A stretch of DNA of 64,000 bases from Ophelia neglecta (taxonomy: Eukaryota): assembly GCA_965285935.1 (NCBI GenBank), contig OZ260664.1, positions 77,066,001 through 77,130,000 on the forward strand, given 5' to 3'. Under the pieces are notes generated by a model. It ran no database searches, was not told where the DNA came from, and saw only the letters and a list, made by a program, of their open reading frames with translations. The first letter of the stretch is position 1; each line of letters starts with the position of its first letter. The translations under genes were made by a program, and so were the position numbers. Shown piece by piece: positions 40,081-51,457 of the stretch.

Positions 40081-43000
40081 CGCCAGTAAACGGAGCATTG
40101 CCTGGGGCCAGGTAGAAAGATGCTAGTACAGCAAGACGGTATGCGGCCCCGGGGGGAATGCCAACTCGGTCCGACTCCATATTTTACGACTGCCAACTTC
40201 ACCCCGGGGCCGGTGGCACATACCACTACCGGCAGAGAGACGTTTCTCCCCGGCGGCTGGCACGACCGGCCCCGGGACACTCCTCCGCCCTGGGGAATAC
40301 TTAAGGCCTCTTCGGCTATCTCAACCGACTAGATTCATGGCGCTCATCTCTAAATGGTAAGGAATCATTATATTAATATCTAGCACTCATATGTTCTTAT
40401 TGTTCACAGATTAAATTTGCGTGCAAAACGGGAGAGGTCGGTTAGGCTAGAACGAAAACGGAGATCCAAACCGATTTATCGCAGAAAACTCGATTGCAAC
40501 TCCGCTGAAACAGTCCAACCGAACCGAACAGTGTTTATCTTAACCATTTTCTGTCCAGGAAACACGGGACAGTTGTGATCTAGCCCCCTTCGCTTCCCTT
40601 GACAATTCAAAGTCGACTCTTTGTTCTTTCTTGGCACATCTTTTGCTCCTTGTGTGTCTTTTGGCGGGCGTTTAAGGGAGTTGTGGCATGAAGATAATGA
40701 ATAGCCTGCGAAAGACTACAGCACGTGTCCATTGAGACTGTCGCCCTCCCACGTTAGAATGACGCTAAGTAGGAGACTGAGGATCCGATTGATGCATGGA
40801 GACACTTATTAGCTGGCGATGTAGTGTTTTTGCTGGCTCGGGTTATAAATCTTTGGTGTGTAATTAGACGTTTTATTCAGCAGTGGTGATGTGCCGCACG
40901 CGTTTGACTGTGGCTGCCGAGGGGGTCTTGGAGAGCGGCTTGGCGCTCGGTTCTGGGCGGGAGGACGGGGGAGGGGTGAAGATGAGTCGTCTGCTATTAA
41001 TTACCTCACGAGCAGCTTGTCAATTCCCTCCCCTGTATCAGGCTGATTTCCTAGGAACCGTAATCGGGTGTGAAAACCCTTTGTTTGCGTCATGGATGAG
41101 TAATTACTGACCTAAGCGCGTGTCATCTCGTGGTCACGAGACTCTCGCCCATCTGCGACATCCCCGCGAGATATAAACGAGGCAGGAATCAGTGACTAAG
41201 CCTGGGATTAGGCTGCCCATAATTTTGGTATCAGGCTAGTTTCAATGCGGGATATTAAGGGGGATTCGACCTGAGCCGGTTCGCGCATTCATCTTCGGGT
41301 GGGTGGGAAAACAGGCGAGCATTATCTTCCCCTAATGAGGTAGCCATTTTCTGGCGGTGCCTCTAATACAGAAGACCGATAAAGACTGGCGAGTTGGCGG
41401 TGCATTAGCCCGATAAGGGGCACGTAGGCAAGCAGCCCGGGCCCAGCGTCTCGGCGTGATAGATGGACGGACGGGGGTCCATTGTAGGCCGCCCGGCTAC
41501 CCCCAACAACAAATAACCTCCAACCTAATCACTGCCGCCAGATTGCCATATTTCAGCCTTAATAGTCGGAGCGGTTCCTTAGCTCCAGGAAGAGGTGCAC
41601 AGTGGAACAATGTAGTGCAGGCTCACGCCTGGTGGTATAACATATATATCACTCCGCCTCTATTGTCCCGACAGACAGTTTTACGAGCACCCCCACAACC
41701 GCTCCTCTGTCGCTGCCTGCAATGGGTCGGAGAACAACCAGCCGGCAAGAGTTCCCATGCAGTCTCCTCGGCAATAAGTTTGACCAAACATTTGTCCACC
41801 ATCGCCTATACATCACAATACACCAAACAAGCCTGTCTTTCTCAAAGCGGCATTCCTTTAAATTAAGGGTCCCTGCTGGCCAAGCGATTTCCCGCCACAG
41901 AAACTGCATCCGCTGACCAAATATGAATCATTTCTAGCCTTTTCAACCTATACCGACTCTTCCCATCAATGTCTATTTGCACGAAATGGCTGCACAATCT
42001 TTCAGAAACGGGTGTCTTAGACTAGGCAATTTTGCTCGATTTTGTTTGATTGGAATTTGTTTGCTTCAATTAGGAGTATTCAGGTCGTTAGTAGGCCTAT
42101 AATGATGCCCTTGGCGAGCTTCCTGGAAATGGCAGCGGTCTCTGCCGAAGACACTCCCCTGTCGCACTCTTCTTATAAAGGCACCACGTACGGTGGCCGC
42201 TCATAATGGAATCCGCTGCTGAAATTAATGTCCAATATTGGCAAAAATTATTAATGATTGAGGTGCAAAATCTTAGCGGGGCTGGCTAACTTAATTAAGA
42301 GCCAGCTCGGCCTGCCTCTTCAGCAGCGGGCAGGCACGAATGCTTGTTCGGTTAATCACAAAATCAGCTCTTCGTTTGATACACACTTTTAGGTAGATTT
42401 AATTATTTCCCAATTCCTCATGGTTATTTTCGCTACGTGTGTTTGCACGCTGCAAATCAATGTCCAATTTCGCTGTGAGTTTCTTTGCCTTGCTATTAGT
42501 CAGCCTCAACGTGGTTGTCTTCAGCAGCCGCGGCCGGGTCGCTCTGAGAGCAGACGATAAACGCTAAGGCGGGAAAACGCCCGGCCGACATGATATGAAT
42601 ACATATGACGCTTAAACACAGGAAGAGTCGTCTGCGGTGGCCATCGAAGGAGTACTGCCTTACTCTTTTAGAGCTGAGTAGCTTCTTTGTGGATTTCACG
42701 AAGGATGTAGTAAGTCTAGTACATAGTGTACACAAATTGCCCAAACACATCACTCATGACTTGCTTACAAATGTTGTCCTCACGGAGCTGTTGGACGAGG
42801 AGTCTGGTTTGATGCTGGATGGCTCTCTGATTTAACACTCCGACCTTGAGACTTAACATTGCCATTAGACGCAATGCGTAAATAAGAAGTGACCTTAAAT
42901 AATCACAGCCCCTTTTTGAAACAAAACACAGGCGCAAGATGAAAAGAAGTGTCAGAAATTCAAATAAAAACAAATGATCCTATTAAGAAAAGGACCCTCT

Positions 43001-43179
43001 GCATGATACACTATTGTTGAATGCAAATTGTGTATGAGCTGTGTTGCCCTTAATTTTTGGTAAAGGATATCTCTGGTAATACGACCCAGTGTCGGCTGTC
43101 AATTGCAATTTAAAAAGTTGTAGCCTTGGTTAGGCCTGCCTACTTTATAATCTTACCCCTATCACGAATGGCTATAATA

Positions 43180-43354
43180 AAGTAAAACCTGTCTTAAAGG
43201 CCACCTCTACTGTCATCTGTCAATTCAGACCACTATTATAAAAGACTATTATGTTCACTTTAATTGTAAAGCAACCTGTATAGAAAGATCACCTCTATTA
43301 TCAGACCAGTACTTTTCCAGTCCCTTTGGTGGTCTTATTTCACTGGTTCCAATG
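43180..43354. mobile_element. Degenerate Tc1/mariner-pogo (Tigger-like) MITE remnant
   Basis: The left end AGTAAAACCTGTCTTAAAGGCCACC and right end GGTGGTCTTATTTCACTGGTTCCAATG are imperfect inverted repeats. There is an internal repeat AACCTGTATAGAAAGATCACCTCTA. The architecture resembles common invertebrate CAGT..AACCTGTC..ACCACC MITEs. The TSD is not clear. Confidence 0.5.
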
Positions 43355-46300
43355 CCCGATGGATCTCCTGTTTAGAGCTATTCTTATGATTACACATCCC
43401 ACATATACGCATTTTAATCTGAGAAAGGTATAGTTGAAAAACAGGGCGAGTGTATTAACTATAAAACCAAGTAGCTAATCGTGCAATTGTTGAATAAAAG
43501 AGGCACTGTTGTTTGTTGAAGGAATAACATATGACGTTATTGTGACTTCAGACCATAGCTTGAAATAGAATATACCCCGAGCACAAAATCGGCACGAGGA
43601 AAACACTTTTAATATCCTTTGAATAAACATGATAGATTAGATCAAATTTAGTAACTATTTAAGAAAACGACCCTTCGAAGTCGTCCACACTAGGACAATT
43701 AGTGACTGCATGATCTTCGGTTGGTGGTGGTGGTGTAGAATACAACTCTAACATCTTGAATAAGGCCAAGTGGCCAAAATTGTGATTACAATCAGTGGTA
43801 ATTGATTTATTTAAGAAAACCGTGTGCACTTATATACTGATATGTAAACAACAGACTTTTAGAGTAGCGGACAACGCTTTGAAATGACCATACGGACATA
43901 CAGGCAATCAGTGGATGTGATCATTTTACTCAAAATCATCCGGTGGGCTGTATTTTGAACTGATTATCAATGAAAACGGTACCTGATATATTGAATTTAC
44001 TACAAGAAATATTTTGCTGAAAAGGTATATTATGATAATACACGTATAGAAGTAATATATATTCCATGGGATAAGGGATTCAGTATTTCACTCGAGTATT
44101 CCATGACAGCAGAGTCGCAGTGTATAATATCATTAAACAGCGCGGACCTTATACCGTTTAATCAATACACCATACTATGTTTCGTTCGAAATCAACAAAA
44201 AAAAACTTTATTTTATTGTCATAAAATTATACCACTGTGAATCAATATGTTACCGTGTTTATTTTATGGCTCAATAGACAAGTTCTTTTGTGATTTTACA
44301 CAATGAGAAATGCCGTCTGACAAGTTATGGTCCGACCATGTGTCCGAGGCTTCAGTCTCGTCTGCTAAATCTGACTAAACAATGTCGTAAAACATTTATT
44401 AGTAATCGCGATATCTGTCCGAGTGAAAGCCGGTGGCATTAATCTACACTATTCATGACAGGGCTGTTCGATAGAGCACAGGTGTGCCGAAACTGCAGGC
44501 GAGGTCTCTCCTACAACCGGCGCACTGACAATACTACCATCGACAGTTCGCGGTCGGTCTCCGATCAGTAATTGAAACTTTTGATGGACTTTCTGATTGC
44601 GCGCCAATCAATCAAATGTCATTGCGGGTTTTAAATGCTTGTCAGATAATGGCGATCGGCACGATACGGGGAGATATCATCCGGGAACTGTGTGGCCTCG
44701 CCCCGCGAGCAATATGGCGGCACAATGCCATCATGTCATTAGAATCTTTCTCACGTTGGTTGTCGCCTGCCTCGCGGGAATTGTTGTCCCCATCCAGGGC
44801 CGGTGTCACGTGATCGTGACTTGTCACACTTCCTATTGTCAACTTATCCCAGCAACGGGCTGCTTTTTGATAAAGGAATTAACTTAATAATTTAGCAATT
44901 TAGCTGACTGCTACTCCTTTTTTGATGAGTATTCCCTTGGAATCTACTCAAATGAAAATTTGAGAGAAAGTTGATGACCCCCCCCCCTTCCCCCCCCCCC
45001 TCCGTACACGGTTATTATGTAACTGACAATTAGTAGAAATGGTAATCAGCATTATATATATATAGACTATTGTCCTCCCCCCCCCCCTCAGTTCCTTATA
45101 GATGTTTATGTTATTGTGTTCGCTTAATACGTATGGCAGTCTGATACATGGTAGCTTTATAGTAGGAATATTAACCTTTAACATTTAAGCTGAAAGGAGA
45201 AACAGGGCGGCTCCTCATTCGATTAAACCGTCATAAAGAAGGAAGTGGACATGTGGTGATCTTTCATAACGAGGAGATAGGTCATTATGAGAATGAGTGT
45301 GTCACATCTCCAGACAAACAAGTGTTCATCATCATTGGGCGTTGTGGTTACATCACCTCCGCCATGTCGCCAATGTAATCACATTGTCACCACAGCAGAC
45401 GACATCTGTCCGTATGAGTCGTGCTCTTTACTCAACTGAGTCAGACTGTGGTTTTAACTCAGCCAGCTGCTGGCGAAGTCCCTGTGCCTTGAGCCTTACA
45501 TCTCTAACCTTTTCAAATTGACACTGAACTTAGTTTATTGTAAGTTGTTAAAGTTTATTTACAATTTGGTCTAAGTACGCACAATTTGACCAGACGCATA
45601 TTCTATATGTTTTTAAGCCTTAGATTTACATAAAATCCAAATTTGACAAATAAATATGTTTACACCAAATGGCAAAACCACTTAAAATGCCTATAGCAAC
45701 CCTAGACTTTATTTTTAGGCTTATGTTCATTCAAAGTCAGTGAAATGGAGGGGCGGGGGAGGGGGGGGGGCAGTTTTGTTCATAGAACTAGCCTTGCCAG
45801 GGGCCAGGAAGGGCGCGGCTGTTCGTTATAATACTGAGGTGGTGGGAACAGCTGATTGTAACAATTGGATGACCTAGCTGCAGGCCTGGCTTCAAACGTG
45901 TCATTTAGGTCATCTTTGACAGCTTCCGTTATCAGCCGCATTATCGCCATATGAATCTTGACAAGTTCTATGTTTCACGGTCTGCTGCACCACACAAACA
46001 CCACGTTTGTTGCCCTGGGAAGAGCTTGAGGAACAAAAGGATGTGCTTGTCGTTATACTTTGTGGGGGTTCCTCTTATGCTGGACATGTTCTTTCCAGTC
46101 CCCGAGGCTTCCTTGGACAATGGAGAACTGTGAAATAGAGTAATGTTTACCCCCAGCGAACAACTGAGCAGAGAATGGTTACAATATACCCTCGGGGCAG
46201 ACGATCTCCTGCCACAATCACCCAGGAAAGATGTGAGGGCGTGCTGTAATAACCGACGATAATCATATCAGAAGGCTATTGTCCTCCCCAAGTGTCTCCC

Positions 46301-48479
46301 TGTTAGCAGACGCCGACCGCCAGGGGCAGACGATCTGAGCTGAGCAGCTCGTGACCACGAGATCTCGTCCTCGCACGGTTCAAAGCGAGATGATCCCTGT
46401 GGGCTGTCTGTCGGCTGGCTACTGAATGGGATTATGTAACATTTTAGCCCACATTTGTACAAAGTAATCTCCTAACACTCCTTGTTTAGAAAATAATCCA
46501 ATTTGTCGCTGCTGAGGAATGTTCTAGGCGCCCGTAGCACGACCTTTATGCCGAGAGAAGAAAGAAAGGGTGGCCTGAAAGACGGGGCCTGGGGGCGGGT
46601 CACCGGGGCCATATTGAGCAAAACGCCCCGACTCATCTAATTCAAGCTAGCTACCTTACCGACTAGATCGGCTAAACTTCAATCAATAGAACAAATAGTC
46701 TGCAATTACCTCCATTAGAACAAAAAGCTAGCTGCTCGCGTGCCATTTTGGCCAAGAAGCTTGTTTACCGCTCTGCTTGGCTCTTCTGAAGTTTGCAGGG
46801 AGCGAGCTTCGTCTATCATTTCTTGGACCAATCTTCTGGGAAGTTGTCGGGGATCCACTGAGACTTAATTCACGCGATTGGCAATACTTAACCCAACCCC
46901 AGACGCATTGAGAGCAGCGCTGGCCAACTATAATGTCCATTTAGTAGGTATGTAGGGGCGACTTGGTCTGGCATGTGATGGGAGGCTTTGCGTGAGGGTT
47001 CGGGTCTAACCATTAAGACGGGTTCCTCTGTTAGTTTTAATTGTGTTAGTCGTAGGCAGTTGGCCCCCGATGCTTTCACGCGACATGAGAACTGACGCAA
47101 GCGTTGCTGCTCTGAATATGACCATGTGCACTCTCCAACGACTAATGCTTTCTACTTCCTGAAATTGTAGCCACCCGTGAATGAAAGAACACAGTGCTAA
47201 CCCTACTGAGCAGGTGAATTTGACCGTGCCGCAGTCTCGTTAGAACAATAAGGTTTGGCAATAAATAATTGTCAGCAAATACAGCCTTTGTCGGTGCGCT
47301 ACAATCGCTTATGCCACTGGCATGTCATATCTTCATATCAATTGTTGCGCTTGGCTGACTCCTGTTTTTGATGTCTGCAAGTCATGCAGAAAGCAAAAAG
47401 CCTCCGTAATTGGCAATATAAAGCCCGGCACTGCTTCTGGCTTGGCAACAGTTGACTTAGTGGGTAGGTAGCTGTCGCTCACATTGCTGTTTTATACCGG
47501 TTCTTCAGTCGCAGTCGCCTAGCTCCCTTGTAGGATCGGAGGCCTGTCTTGGGAGGTTTTCGCGGCGATTTGCTTCAGATCCTGGCCCGAATGGCTCGGT
47601 GGCAGATGACAAATTGAGGGGGGTCGGGAGCGTTGTTGGAGCCATGGAAAATGGTGCCCAGCCCATTGCGATCGTGCCCAATGTGATAGCTTGTAATGGC
47701 TAGGTCGTGATTTACTGGCCGATTTCGCCGATTTTTGCCGGCAGTCGGTAAATGGTGTATAATACGAGCCACGTGTTGGTGCGGGTCTTATTAGATGTTA
47801 TCAGGAGCGAGGCTGGTGGCTCTGATAGGGTCTGACCCAGCTCTTCATGCCACCCACAGCCTATGTCAACTCGGATATTGGCTCTACCAGCAGAAAACGA
47901 CCCACCTCGACACTACAGTCAGACACTATTACCATGTGCAACCGATTTTGACATTTTATTTCTCATTCACGCCAAAAAGCGAGCACATTTACAGCAAATA
48001 AGAGGCGATCCGTTTTCTTTATCGTCATATTAAGTTGTTTATCCCGGGCTTGCATGAGCCAGCTGATGTCTTTAATAGAATGGCCTGACCCAAGGTCATA
48101 GTTATTTTATTTCGCTGGATGGGTGCCATTTCAGCAGGGATTTCTGCTGACTAACTCTCGAGGAACAAGAAATAGCTTTTTTCTGACTCTTGGTTTTCTT
48201 GGCCTTATATCATTTGAACCTTTTTAATCAGAGAATTTAGGAACTAAACCATTAACCTTTGAAGGATTCAAAGTACTCGAAAAAAATACTTGCTGTCCTT
48301 TCATTTTTCTACATTTATACTCAAATGCACCTAAACATAATAGGGGAACACTTTTATAAAACTGGCCAAATCTTCATAAGGTATCTGAGTCGGCTGTCTC
48401 CGTCTGATGTACAACTCATTTAGCTAGAGACCCAATTCCTCGACCTTCTCAAAGTAGGCGTATAATTGGAGATCATGTC

Positions 48480-48930
48480 GAAACGGACAAATAGTCAGTC
48501 TAAATTTAAGTATGGCTGGCAAGAGATACATGACTGGTCAGTATAGGTTTGGCAAAAATTAGATGTATAGTCAGTCTTTTTGTCAGTCGGCAAACGCACA
48601 TGTCCATTAGTAGCTTTTTGTAGTTACAAGAATTAAAGTTGCACGTCTGTTTAATAAGTTTGTATGGCGTCAAACGTTACCTGTCTAAAAAGCAGGTTTG
48701 AACGCTGGTCAGAATGGCAAGACTCTTTAACAGGTTTGAAAGTTGGAAAGAACTACATGACTCTTTAGGATATTGGTTCCGTTGCACGAATGGCATGACT
48801 GGTCAGTACGTTTGAAAGTTGCCAAGAATTCCATTTCTCCATGAACATTTTTTACCATGGCCTTTTAAAACTACAAGATTGCAGCGAGTTTGTTTGCAGG
48901 CAAGAAGTATCCGACTGTCGAGTGGGTTCG
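48480..48930. repeat. Highly degenerate tandem repeat flanking the minisatellite
   Basis: Recurrent fragments ATGACTGGTCAGTA (x2), GTTTGAAAGTTG (x2) and TGGCAAGA. The period could not be resolved by eye. Confidence 0.4.
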
Positions 48931-49112
48931 TTATGTTTATTATTATAATAACCATCCGGTGGCAAGATGTGAAAATAATTAAGTAGTATCTATATGTAGT
49001 GGTGCTTTTAATTATTATCGATTATTCACCAGCCAAACTTGAAACAACAAAACCCATTAATAGCTTTTCAAGTTCCAAATGGCAAATATAACAAAAAGTG
49101 GGGTCCTTCAAT

Positions 49113-49896
49113 TTATTATAGTAACAGACTGGTTTGTAATCTCTTGTGTGTACGTATATTGGTCTATTATAATAACAGGCTGGTCTGTAAAATTGTAGAC
49201 CTGTGTGTACGTATACTGGTCTATTATAATAACAGACTGGCCTGTAAGCTTATAGGGGTACGTATACTGGTCTATTATAATAACCAACTGGCCTGTACGC
49301 TTGTAGGTGTGTACGTATACTGGTCTATTATAATAACAGACTGGTCTGTAAGCTTGTAGGTGTGAACGTATACTGGTCCATTATAATAACAGACTGGCCT
49401 GTAAGCTTGTAGGTGTGTACGTATACTGGTCTATTATAATAACAGACTGGTCTGTAAGCTTGGAGGTGTGTACGTATACTGGTCTATTATAATAACAGAC
49501 TGGCCTGGAAGCTTGTAGGTGTGTACGTATACTGGTCTATTATAATAACAGACTGGTCTGGAAGGTTGTAGGTGTGTACGTATACTGGTCTATTATAATA
49601 ACAGACTGGTCTGGAGGCTTGTAGGTGTGAACGTATACTGGTCTATTATAATAACAGACTGGCCTGGAAGCTTGTAGGTGTGTACGTATACTGGTCTATT
49701 ATAATAACAGACTGGTCTGTAAGCTTGGAGGTGTGTACGTATACTGGTCTATTATAATAACAGACTGGCCTGGAAGCTTGTAGGTGTGTACGTATACTGG
49801 TCTATTATAATAACAGACTGGTCTGGAAGGTTTTAGGTGTGTACGTATACTGGTCTATTATAATAACAGACTGGTCTGGAAGCTTGTAGGTGTGTA
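49113..49896. repeat. 53-bp minisatellite, ~15 copies
   Basis: Consensus CTATTATAATAACAGACTGGTCTGTAAGCTTGTAGGTGTGTACGTATACTGGT. Unit starts at 49272, 49325, 49378, 49431, 49484, 49537, 49590 ... 49802, 49855 give an exact 53-bp period. The first units are more diverged. Confidence 0.95.
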
Positions 49897-49899
49897 ACA

Positions 49900-50680
49900 T
49901 AATGGTTTGCAGGTAAATAGTTGACTGTCCGTTAGGACTGTAGCTTGGCTGGCTGTTAACTGTCAATTAGGTTCGTAGGTTGGCTGGCGTACAGTTAATT
50001 GGCAATTATTTGAGTCAGTTGGCTGGCAATTAGTTGACAGGCCAAAAGGATTGTGGCTTATCTGGCCTATACTTGACTGACCAATAGGTTTGTAGGTTGG
50101 ATGGCCTAAGTTGACTGGGCCAATAGGGATGTAGGTTTGATGGCCTTTAGTTAGCTGGCCATTAGGATTGAAGTTTGGCTGGCCTTTAGTTGATTGGCTA
50201 CTAGAATTGTCGGTTGGATGGGCTATTGATAACTGGCAAAAAGGTTGTAAGTTGGGTGATCTTTAGTTGACTGGCCATTAGGATTGCTACTAGGATTGTA
50301 GTTTGGATGGCCTTTAGTTGATTGACCAAGGGTTGAAGGTAAGGTGACCTATAGCTGACTGGCTATTAGGATTGTAGGTTGGATGGCCTATAGTTGAATA
50401 GCCAAGGGTTGCAGGTTGGGCGACCTATAGTTGTCTGGCCTATAGGTTGGATTGTATAAAAGTGACTGGCCAATAGGACTATAAGATTTCTGGCATATAT
50501 TTCACTGGGCATTAGCGTTGTAGGGTGGATGGCTTATATTTGACTGGCCAAACGGTTGTAGGTTGGCTGGCCTAAAAAAGTAACTAGCCATAATGACTGT
50601 AGGTTGTCTGGCCTATAGTTGATTTGCCATTAGGTTTGTGGGTTGGTTGACCTATAACCGACGGACAAGGATAGCCTTTA
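49900..50680. repeat. Degenerate ~39-40 bp tandem repeat (~20 units)
   Basis: Approximate consensus TAGTTGACTGGCCATTAGGATTGTAGGTTGGATGGCCTA, with units near 50031, 50070, 50108, 50147 and 50187. Confidence 0.85.
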
Positions 50681-51284
50681 GCCAATTTGCATACATACAT
50701 GTCTGTGGTTTTCATGGCCTATAACCGATCCGCAGCAGGATGTAGATTGATGTATAACTGTACGTTATACTACGTGTTTTTTCTTGAGCACAGTTCGTCA
50801 ACCCGATCATTTGATTGTCTGGTTATTATAGCAGTGAATAATTTGGTCCGTGTGAACTGATTTTAGGGCGGTGTCCGGAGGGCTGCTGCACGACTCAACT
50901 CTACCCTGTGCCAGACTATTTATTGATATCAGAGCCATTTCATCTTCCTGGGACAGAGTTGGTAGCTGCTGCAAAGGATTCCACTATTCTTACTTTTCCT
51001 GGCTTCGACTACTGGTGTCGGTGTCAGCATGTTCCCTTGGCGGACCCTCGGCGTTTTCCGAAGGCCTGCTGCACGACCAAGCTTAGCACCGGTCACATTA
51101 TTTGTGGCATTCAAAGGCTCTCTTCCTTGGCTAGAGTCGGTACTACCGAAAGCCCTCCTGCACGGCCCAGCTTCGCTCCTGTTGCAATATTGTGTGAATG
51201 TCAAATCTTTATTCTCGGAGTACTGTCGGCTCTGCCCTTAGAGTTGCTGCGGGAATAGTGTCCAGGGTTCTTCTTCCTGGGGAT

Positions 51285-51457
51285 CTCGGAGGAGCTGACT
51301 GGCTGGACGGGCCCAGTCCGTGTTATTTTCGGTGGTCAGAGCTCTTCTCCTTGTGGTACCCTTCACGCCGCTCGGAGGAGCTGACTAGCTGGACGAGCCC
51401 AGTCCGTTTTCTGTTCGGCGGTCACGGCTCTTCTCCCTGGGGTACTCTCCGCACCGC
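51285..51457. repeat. GC-rich 86-bp tandem duplication
   Basis: CTCGGAGGAGCTGACT(G/A)GCTGGACG(G/A)GCCCAGTCCG...GCTCTTCTCC...GGTAC occurs at 51285 and again at 51371. Confidence 0.85.

Noticed and set aside
49113-49896. CRISPR array
   Set aside because: Units are contiguous tandem copies with no unique spacers, there are no cas genes, and the DNA is animal.
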